Virus record (IMG/VR): IMGVR_UViG_3300012164_000006 | Location: 1 to 24,668 of that record | Origin: a virus | Lineage: Duplodnaviria > Caudoviricetes | Length of the DNA: 24,668 nt | Reading direction: 5' to 3' (one strand) | Shown here: positions 7,823 through 14,961 of the stretch, piece after piece | How the letters are laid out: each line of letters opens with the position of its first letter | How positions within the stretch are numbered: the first letter of the stretch is position 1 | Made by a program: the position numbers and the translations under genes | The notes under the pieces: model-generated | Told to the model about the DNA's origin: nothing | Seen by the model: the letters and a program-made list of their open reading frames with translations, nothing else | Database searches by the model: none

Positions 7823-9295
7823 TCACATCGTCAGCTGCTCGGAACCACCACCGCCGCCGCCCAGCAGCGCCAGCAGCGACAAAATGTTAGTAGGCAACCC
7901 GCCCAGCGACTCCCACAGGGCCGCATTGTTCTGTCCGCCCTGTCCCAGCAACTGCAACAGCGGGTTCAGCGCCGACCACTCATTGCGGCTCTGGTCGCTG
8001 CCGTAGCCCAAAATCATCTGCAAAAGCGCGTTCGTATACGCAGAGTTGGCCGCCGAATTGTTCTGGTTCGCCCCAATCACGTTCCCGTAGCTGTCGCGGC
8101 CGTAGCCCACCGACTGCTGCGCCGCCAGCTCCGCCGCCCTCTGCCCCAGCTGGGTCAACAGCGCATTGCGGTTAAAATCGCGGTCGTCTTCAGAAAAGAA
8201 ACGCCCATAGTCCCGTTCGTCCTCGGTGTAGTCCCGGCCATAGTTCAGCAGGTTGGCATTCAGCGCCCGGTTGTACTGCTTGTCGATCTCGTCGGCTGCA
8301 ATCTCGTCCGCCCGACGCGCCAGCGCATTGATGCCGCCGGTAGAGTCCGACCGCCCGCGCGCCATCAGGATCCGGTTCAGGTCCCGCTGCGCTTGTTTCT
8401 GCCGGAACTGGTACTGCGGCGAGTCCTGAAAGTCCCAGATTTCCGGCACACGCGCATTCGGCCCGCCCATCGTCTGCCCCGGTGCCGGCCGTCCTCCGTT
8501 CGCGTAGGCGGCGCCATTCATCAGTGAGCGAGCGTCACCGCCGCCGGCGGGTGGAGCTCCTGGCGGCGAACTCGTCTGCCCATTCCCACCGCCTGCCACC
8601 TGGCGCGCCTGCGTGTGTATCCCGCTCAGCGCCTGTCCCTGATACCACTCCGCCAGCGCCTGGCGGTAGAGCCCCTGGCCGGTCTCATCCATCGCCAGAA
8701 ACGCCGCCTGGTCGATGGGCGGGCGCGCTTCGTCTCCCCAACCCATGTAACGCCGCAAAATCGCCTGAAAGCTCGGATCGTTGCCAGGGAAATAATTCGT
8801 CCCATACACCTGGTGGTTAACTGCCGGATCCGTCGAGCCTTTCCTCACGTCAAAGTCAGGAGGCAGGCCAGGCTGTCCTCCCGTCCCCGGAGGTACCGGC
8901 GGTTTGCCGGGGTAATACCCCGGCTGTCCCACCGGATCCCCAGGAAGAGGAGGAACCACGCCGCCCCGGCTACCACCTAGCGGCGTGCTTAAAGGCGGCG
9001 GCGCTGCCTGCGGTGCCATGTTCTGCGCCCCGGCCAGAGGTGCAGACGGCTTAAACCCCGCATACGGGCTTTGAGCCCCCAATTTCGTCCAATCCACAAT
9101 CTGCTGCGACGCTCCGCCCGGCGTCGGGCTCGACACGTTGTAGCTCGCCAGCGGGATCAGCGAATTTATAGGGCTCGAATACGCCGGCCCAGGCGTCGAC
9201 GTCGTCCCTGGAGGCGGCTTGTTCGGGTCATCCTCTCCCGCCAGATAGGGGCTGTAGGTATAGTGCCCCGAACTTGATACAGTCCACTTGCCCAT
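7823..9295 (-). CDS. Putative DNA ejection protein, gp7-like C-terminal module preceded by a Pro/Gly-rich region
   Basis: FQDSPQYQFRQKQAQRDLNRILMARGRSDSTGG..ADEIDKQYNR resembles the SPGYQFR..AAARG..SG motif of P22 gp7-like DNA transfer proteins; N/Q/A/G-rich tail. Confidence 0.7.
   Translation of the reverse strand: MGKWTVSSSGHYTYSPYLAGEDDPNKPPPGTTSTPGPAYSSPINSLIPLASYNVSSPTPGGASQQIVDWTKLGAQSPYAGFKPSAPLAGAQNMAPQAAPPPLSTPLGGSRGGVVPPLPGDPVGQPGYYPGKPPVPPGTGGQPGLPPDFDVRKGSTDPAVNHQVYGTNYFPGNDPSFQAILRRYMGWGDEARPPIDQAAFLAMDETGQGLYRQALAEWYQGQALSGIHTQARQVAGGGNGQTSSPPGAPPAGGGDARSLMNGAAYANGGRPAPGQTMGGPNARVPEIWDFQDSPQYQFRQKQAQRDLNRILMARGRSDSTGGINALARRADEIAADEIDKQYNRALNANLLNYGRDYTEDERDYGRFFSEDDRDFNRNALLTQLGQRAAELAAQQSVGYGRDSYGNVIGANQNNSAANSAYTNALLQMILGYGSDQSRNEWSALNPLLQLLGQGGQNNAALWESLGGLPTNILSLLALLGGGGGGSEQLTM
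8595..8634. repeat. 40-nt dispersed direct repeat, copy 2 (copy 1 at 1766-1805)
   Basis: gccacctggcgcgcctgcgtgtgtatcccgctcagcgcct; read in the same frame as copy 1. Confidence 0.9.
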
Positions 9296-9304
9296 AAATT
9301 CCCC

Positions 9305-10345
9305 CTAAGCCGGCACAGACGCCCACCCGTTCGGCCCGTTCAGCCCCTCATCCAGCCAACCCCGCTGGCTGGTCTTCGAATTCCGGTTTACGTCTGTGTC
9401 TTTAATGTTCTGGTCGAGCCAGTTGGTGTACTGCGTCCAGCCGGCCTCGATGGCCGCCTGCGCGTCCGCTTTCGACAGCTTCCCGCTGCGCGCTTGAGGC
9501 ATCACCTCGTTCCACACCCAGTTGGAATACTCTTTCACGGCCTCAGTAGCCCCTTCGCGTTCCCGGCCGGCCCGTGTCAGCCGCCCCACCAGTCCGCCCA
9601 CCAACAAGCCCGCCGCCGTCCCAATGCCTGGCAGCAGCGCCGTACCCAGGCCGGCGCCCGCAGCCGCACCGCCGGCGCCCGCACCAATCAACGCCCCGGC
9701 GCCCATGCCTGCCAGCGCGCCAAAGGCTGGCGCATTCCGCACCGCAAAGTTTGGCTGCCCCACCTGGTTGTCGCGCAGATCAAAGCCCGCCGGGCCTCCT
9801 GCCGCATTGGCAGCCAAGGCATTGCCACCTACACCACCGACCCCACCCGGTACGCTGAATTTCGCCGGCGCCGTCCGTGGATAGGGAGTCCTCGCCACCG
9901 GCGAGAACGCCGGCGCACTTGACTCTCCCCCTTGCGCGGAGCGCGCATAAGGGGGAGATACAGAGGGGGTCTGCCCCTTATAACTCGTCACCCTCGGCGT
10001 GCTGCTCCCCAGCGAAGACAAGCGCCCCAGCGCATTCACGCCGGCGTCCGCATACGGCTGCATTAGAGCCGACGCCCGGCCGTAGCCAGTGTCCAGCGCA
10101 TCCTGGCCGCCCGAAAAAGCCCAATCACTCCCAGCCCGCTGCTCGCCCAGGTTCCAGTCGGCATACGGCTGCGCTCCTTGTAGCGCCTGGAGCAACCAAT
10201 TCGCCGACGCCGCCCGGGCTTTCTCCAGTTCTTCTTTCGAGTCTGAAATTGCCCCCGCCTGGCTGCGGTTGCTTAGCACCGCGCCCGCCACCCCGGCTCC
10301 CGTAGGGATCAGAATTTTCAGCAACTCGGCCCAATTTATTGGCAT
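9305..10345 (-). CDS. Putative DNA ejection protein, gp7-like N-terminal module with glycine-zipper segment
   Basis: Hydrophobic G/A-rich N-terminus, MQPYADAGVNALGRL motif, glycine zipper GALAGMGAGALIGAGAGG..GIGTAAGLLVGGLVG; SD GGAGG. Confidence 0.7.
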   Translation of the reverse strand: MPINWAELLKILIPTGAGVAGAVLSNRSQAGAISDSKEELEKARAASANWLLQALQGAQPYADWNLGEQRAGSDWAFSGGQDALDTGYGRASALMQPYADAGVNALGRLSSLGSSTPRVTSYKGQTPSVSPPYARSAQGGESSAPAFSPVARTPYPRTAPAKFSVPGGVGGVGGNALAANAAGGPAGFDLRDNQVGQPNFAVRNAPAFGALAGMGAGALIGAGAGGAAAGAGLGTALLPGIGTAAGLLVGGLVGRLTRAGREREGATEAVKEYSNWVWNEVMPQARSGKLSKADAQAAIEAGWTQYTNWLDQNIKDTDVNRNSKTSQRGWLDEGLNGPNGWASVPA

Positions 10346-10357
10346 TCCTCCACCTCT

Positions 10358-11098
10358 TCACATGCACGAAATCAGTTGAGACTCAGTCACAGGCACCGAA
10401 GCCAGCCACGCATCACAGCCAACGTCTGCCCCTGAAACCACTGTTGTCCCAAACACAGTCAACGATTGGGCACTGCCCAGTTGAATGCACGGTTCCGGGT
10501 CGTCGCCCGTGATATCCGCGATCACCTTGCACTCGTCTTCGAGGACTCTTGAGCCACACCCAGCCACTTCCTTCAGTTGGGCCAGCGAAAGCGCTGAATA
10601 ATAAATGCAGGGCTGGTCAATATCTCCATTCCAGGCCCCCACTGCCCCGCCGGTTAACAGCGAACCGTTGTAGATGTTGCCCACCAGAATCGGGTGCACT
10701 CCCAACTCTCCAAAACCTCCCGTCCTATTGGCCGTTCCAATCAGTGCAACCGTCGCGGGAGACGTCCCGGCGTAAAACTTCACCTGCTGGCTCGCGGCGA
10801 ACCGGTCATAAGTCACCGCCAGAAATGTCCACTCCGACAGGTCGGGCGCCGCAACTTTGGCGAATTGTGACGGGTCATCGACAGGGTCTCCCGTGGCAAA
10901 GAAGGTTAAGAATTCGTCCTCATCAACAAAGACACACCAGCCATTGTGGAAGTCAAACAGCCGGCCCATGATGCCGTTGCGCGCGCCTATCCCGTCCCGC
11001 TTCACCCAGCCCACGCAACTGATGCCGTTGTAGCTCTCGCTGGAACTCGGAGTCGCCAGGTAATCGTCAATCCCGTCGAAATGTCGTGCTGTGCCCAT
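10358..11098 (-). CDS. LamG/concanavalin A-like jelly-roll protein (putative receptor/glycan binding)
   Basis: Motifs ARHFDGIDDYL, ISCVGWVK, EWTFLAVTYD and WNGDIDQPCIYYSALSLAQLK. Confidence 0.85.
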   Translation of the reverse strand: MGTARHFDGIDDYLATPSSSESYNGISCVGWVKRDGIGARNGIMGRLFDFHNGWCVFVDEDEFLTFFATGDPVDDPSQFAKVAAPDLSEWTFLAVTYDRFAASQQVKFYAGTSPATVALIGTANRTGGFGELGVHPILVGNIYNGSLLTGGAVGAWNGDIDQPCIYYSALSLAQLKEVAGCGSRVLEDECKVIADITGDDPEPCIQLGSAQSLTVFGTTVVSGADVGCDAWLASVPVTESQLISCM

Positions 11099-11554
11099 CT
11101 AGCTCCGCTGCCTCCCCTGCACGTAGGCCGTCACCGCCGCGTGCCCGCCTATGGCGGTACAATCCCACTTAATCAGGTCGTCCGGCTCGAGCTCTTCCGG
11201 CCGTGCCAGCTCCACTGAATAGAGCGTGTCCACTACCGACGTGCTCCCGAGCGTCGAGGTTCCCAGCAGCTTCGTCACGCCCTTGCGGATCCTCGTCACC
11301 GTGATCGTCGTGGCAGCCGTCAGCGTCCCCGACTGGTGCGTCACCTTCAAATGCGTCAGCGTGAACCCCCAGGCGTCGTCTGGCACCGCAAAGCGCGGCA
11401 CCGCCTGTCCCACCTGCAGCACACCGGAGAAAAACGCACCCACACTCCACACCGGCAGACACGGGAAGCGCGCATAGATTTTGTCTGCCCACAGCTTCAC
11501 CTCACCCAAGTGTGTCGGGTCCAGCAGCCTCGCAATGGCACGTTCACGATTCAT
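11099..11554 (-). CDS. Hypothetical beta-rich virion protein (position of P22 gp26 needle)
   Basis: Start moved to ATG 11554 (MNRERA), preceded by GGAGG. 151 aa, lies between the gp10-like and LamG genes. Confidence 0.75.
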   Translation of the reverse strand: MNRERAIARLLDPTHLGEVKLWADKIYARFPCLPVWSVGAFFSGVLQVGQAVPRFAVPDDAWGFTLTHLKVTHQSGTLTAATTITVTRIRKGVTKLLGTSTLGSTSVVDTLYSVELARPEELEPDDLIKWDCTAIGGHAAVTAYVQGRQRS

Positions 11555-14015
11555 CCGCCTCCGAGAAAATGAAATCCGACTGCGTGTCGTCGTGAACAAT
11601 CCGGTGCTGGCGCGTGCGGTACATTCCGCCCCGGTTCACGTGCCCGAAAAACTCTGTCTCGCCCGTCAGGCCCAGCGGCACCGAACGCGCGGGCGCAAAC
11701 GTAGGCCGGCCATCATCGCGCCAGGCATGGGTAAACACCGGCTCCGAGGTATCCAGCGCCTGGCCGCGCTTCACCTTGTACAGATAGCGCGACACCTGCT
11801 TCACCCCAAACCCGCCCGCCGACACGTGCCCGCTGGTCAGCTCGAAGCGAATAGCCGTGCCGTTTTCCGTCAGCCCCTCGAGCGTATAAATCCGGCCGTT
11901 CGCCCGCCGGTCGCCGATGAAATGCCGGTTCATCGCCTTCGAGTAGCCATAGGCGTTAATCACCGCCGCCTCGAAGCTCGAGCCGTTCCACACTCCCCAG
12001 CGCCACCAGTGGTTTTTCAGCAGGTTGTAACAGATCGTCAAATTATCCGCCGGGAAGCTCAGCACATAATGTGGCAACCCGCGAATCACCACGCCCCAGG
12101 CGCGCGCCGTCGCCGGGCTCGTCACCAGCGTCCGGTCGTTCAAGATGGCCGCATACTCCTGCGAAATCGAGTGCTGCGAGCGCCCGCGGAACTGCACCAC
12201 CTGAATAGGCCCATCCGTGTCGGTCAAATACATCACCGCATTTGCGAAAGACTCCAGGCCGATCCCCTTCCACCCCACCCACGAGTGCGGAGCCAGCAGC
12301 CCAAACGGCAGCGAGGGGTCAGACAGCGCCCAGGGAAAGTCCGGATCCACCGAGTTGTAATTGATTTCAATCGAGCGCGGCCCGGCGGCAAACACCAGCG
12401 AGTCCACCTCGAACACCCCGTTCACCGCATCCGGGACCTGCTCGGCGTTGAAGCGTTCCCAACTGTCTACCGCCTCGTAGTTATTCGAAATGTCTTCCGA
12501 CGAAAACACATCCCCTTGCGGCGCGTTCCGCCCCACGCCCGTCTGCCACTTGGCCGCGCTGGCCGTGGTAGAGGTGGCCAGCAGCGTCCGCCCCAAGGCG
12601 ATCACTTGCCCCGGCGTATGCGTTTCCGCCAGGCCGCGCGAGTTCACAATCGCTTCTTTCGAGTCGTCCAGCGTCACCACCCGGCTCCAGCTCACGCCGT
12701 CGTCGGTCGATTTCCAAATCTGCGCGCCTCCGGTCGCCACGTTGTTGCCCGCCGTCCCAAACAGCAGGTCGCCAGTAGAGGTCAGCAGGAACGCAAACGG
12801 GATGGCATCAGACTGCAAGTTAGGAATCGTCCCAACCGTGGCCCAAGTCGCGCCCGCATCGGTCGAGCGGTAGATTTTGCCAATCGGGTGTGCATACACC
12901 GACATCAGCCCAATCGTGGAAGACACCTTCACCCCGTCAATCGGCTGCGCCACTGCGTCCAGCGTTGCGACATCGGTAAACGTCGCCCCACCATCGGTTG
13001 AGCGCCAGATATGCGCCACGTCCGAAGCATTGCCGGCGCCCACCGTCACCACCGTGGCCGACCACACCACGCAGCCGTTCACCGTTTTCCCAAAGTCTGC
13101 CGGCGTCGCAATGTTGGCCCAGCTCGCTCCATTGTTGGTCGAGCGGAAAATTTCTCCCAGCCCCGCGCCGCTACCTGCGCCCGCAATCGCGATGTTGGTG
13201 TCTACCTTGGCGATGAAGTTAATCAGCGTGCTCGATCCCTGCTGCCCCAGGTCGGCCCAGGTCTCGCCGTAGTCGGTTGAGCGCAGAATCTTGCCCGTCG
13301 TAATGCCTGTTCCGGCCAGCACCACTCCCGCGCCCATATAGGCAACGCACATGATGAAGTTATTCGCCGTGGCCGTGTACACCTTCGTCCAGGTCAGCCC
13401 GTTGTCTTTCGAGAGATAGATCCGGCCTGCGTTTCCAGGGGACACGCTGCGCGAGCCCGAGGCCAAAATCCAGCCCGGCTTGTCCGTCAGTGTCGCCACG
13501 CCAGACAGCTGGCCCGTGTTGTCAAACACCTGTGCCAGGTCAAAAATAGAAGACCCCATGATCCGGTCGTTGCCATTGGTGTGCAGCCAGCCTTTGGAGC
13601 GGCACACATGAGTCACGGCAGACGGCGTGTTCTCGTTCAAGAGCGTCACCGTCAGGTTCGTCAGGTCAATCCGTGCCAGCTTGCCACCGTGCGCCAGGTA
13701 TACGTGCTGCCCGTCCTCAGTCCAGTAGCAATAGCTCCCCACCGTCACCGTGTCTCCTGTGAAAGCCGTAAACGTCCCGTTAGAATTCAGGCGAACCACC
13801 TTGCCGTTCGTCACCCCCAAAAAAACGCCCGAAAGGGTTTCGTAGAGCCCGTCCACCGCCGCGGCGTCTCCATGCGTTGCAAACAGCGTCAGCCCTGGCA
13901 CCTTGTGGTAATCGTCCAGCTCGTTGATGTAGCCGTTCGTCAGCCCCGACGCTACCCCATCGCGCAACGACACGGAATCAATCGCCGGAAACGGTTTCCC
14001 AAACGGAACTTTCAT
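11544..14015 (-). CDS. Packaged-DNA stabilisation/tail hub protein (P22 gp10-like) with inserted BNR/Asp-box beta-propeller
   Basis: PGLTLFAT near the N-terminus, AEQVPDAVNGV..VFAAGPRSIE, HYVLSFPADNLTICYN and WRDDGRPTF..LGLTGE are gp10-like. Six SxDxGxxW/F-type boxes lie internally. ATG 14015 overlaps the gp4-like stop (ATGA). Confidence 0.85.
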   Translation of the reverse strand: MKVPFGKPFPAIDSVSLRDGVASGLTNGYINELDDYHKVPGLTLFATHGDAAAVDGLYETLSGVFLGVTNGKVVRLNSNGTFTAFTGDTVTVGSYCYWTEDGQHVYLAHGGKLARIDLTNLTVTLLNENTPSAVTHVCRSKGWLHTNGNDRIMGSSIFDLAQVFDNTGQLSGVATLTDKPGWILASGSRSVSPGNAGRIYLSKDNGLTWTKVYTATANNFIMCVAYMGAGVVLAGTGITTGKILRSTDYGETWADLGQQGSSTLINFIAKVDTNIAIAGAGSGAGLGEIFRSTNNGASWANIATPADFGKTVNGCVVWSATVVTVGAGNASDVAHIWRSTDGGATFTDVATLDAVAQPIDGVKVSSTIGLMSVYAHPIGKIYRSTDAGATWATVGTIPNLQSDAIPFAFLLTSTGDLLFGTAGNNVATGGAQIWKSTDDGVSWSRVVTLDDSKEAIVNSRGLAETHTPGQVIALGRTLLATSTTASAAKWQTGVGRNAPQGDVFSSEDISNNYEAVDSWERFNAEQVPDAVNGVFEVDSLVFAAGPRSIEINYNSVDPDFPWALSDPSLPFGLLAPHSWVGWKGIGLESFANAVMYLTDTDGPIQVVQFRGRSQHSISQEYAAILNDRTLVTSPATARAWGVVIRGLPHYVLSFPADNLTICYNLLKNHWWRWGVWNGSSFEAAVINAYGYSKAMNRHFIGDRRANGRIYTLEGLTENGTAIRFELTSGHVSAGGFGVKQVSRYLYKVKRGQALDTSEPVFTHAWRDDGRPTFAPARSVPLGLTGETEFFGHVNRGGMYRTRQHRIVHDDTQSDFIFSEADES

Positions 14016-14707
14016 AAATACTCGCCACCGACCATTGGCCACTCACCACTAGACAGTTCGGTTGCCACCGCCACCGGCCGCACGGCCGCCACCGCCCGCG
14101 CGCGCCGCAGTACGTCCAGGCTTCGCTTGGCGTGCACCACCACATCCGCCCGCAGGTTTACGCCCCACTCCGCAGCCAGTTCCAGCACCAGGTTGAATTT
14201 CAGCGCGCGCGCGTAGCCAGGCAGCAGGTTCAACGCATCGGCCACGGTCGCATAAGCAGCAATCGGCTTCAGCGATTCGAGCAGCAGCGTATAGCTCTGG
14301 TCTGGCCCGCGGTCGAAATACAGCCTCCCCAGCGGAGAGGTAGCGCGATAGGCCAGCTGCGTCGGACGGCCCGAGACGGTCTTGAGGCTCAGCTCCTGAT
14401 ACTGGGCAAACGCGATCGGTTCCAATGGCCAGTCCAGGCCTGCCCCGTCTCGCAGCACCGCCTGCACCACCTCGATAGGCCGCACCGTATCCAGTTGCCC
14501 ACCTGAACCAATGGTTCGTTCACCCGCCCCAGCCGCCAGCGTCAAGCTCTCCAGCGTCTCTACCGGCGTCACATAGCGCAACGTGCTCCAGGTATCCAGC
14601 AGCAGGTTTAGCGCATCCAGCGCGTCCGCCTGCTCCGCATCGGTCGGGTCAAACCCCGCTCCCGCCAGCCGAAAGCTCGCCTTGATTAAATCCAGAACCG
14701 TCACCAT
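14012..14707 (-). CDS. Head-to-tail adaptor (P22 gp4-like)
   Basis: TVLDLIKASFRLAG..DALDALNLLLDTWS..LLPGYARALKFNLVLELAAEWG; directly upstream of the gp10-like gene. Confidence 0.85.
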   Translation of the reverse strand: MVTVLDLIKASFRLAGAGFDPTDAEQADALDALNLLLDTWSTLRYVTPVETLESLTLAAGAGERTIGSGGQLDTVRPIEVVQAVLRDGAGLDWPLEPIAFAQYQELSLKTVSGRPTQLAYRATSPLGRLYFDRGPDQSYTLLLESLKPIAAYATVADALNLLPGYARALKFNLVLELAAEWGVNLRADVVVHAKRSLDVLRRARAVAAVRPVAVATELSSGEWPMVGGEYL

Positions 14708-14926
14708 TCAGTAGCCTCGTTCCATCGATTCAAAATCCCGCGCCAGCCGTTCAATCGACTGGAACCGGCGCGACCGCCGCTCGATCGGAGCCACGCCAGC
14801 CGAGCGCAACTCACTCGGCGGGCTGGGAGCTCCGCCGCTCTCGCCCACGCTCGGCGCCGGCACAATCGCTCCACCCACCACGTTCACCGTGTCCGGATCC
14901 TGCGGCTGTATAAACCCGTCACCCAT
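14708..14926 (-). CDS. Small hypothetical protein (72 aa)
   Basis: Fills the gap exactly, its stop abuts the gp4-like ATG, and a G-rich SD (GGGGGGTGG) lies upstream. Confidence 0.7.
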   Translation of the reverse strand: MGDGFIQPQDPDTVNVVGGAIVPAPSVGESGGAPSPPSELRSAGVAPIERRSRRFQSIERLARDFESMERGY

Positions 14927-14933
14927 TCCACCC

Positions 14934-14961
14934 CCCTAGCACCTAACACCTAACACCTTAC
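14934..14961. repeat. Intergenic heptamer tandem repeat
   Basis: ccctagc acctaac acctaac accttac. Confidence 0.85.

Noticed and set aside
1766-8634. 40-nt repeat pair as a DGR template/variable repeat
   Set aside because: Too short, two of three mismatches are G/C rather than adenine-specific, and no reverse transcriptase is in the window.
11481-13001. 506-aa plus-strand ORF and many other long plus-strand ORFs (e.g. 17528-18901, 20587-21654, 3298-4155)
   Set aside because: They are antisense shadows of well-supported minus-strand genes in GC-rich DNA, with low-complexity R/P/A composition and no recognisable motifs.
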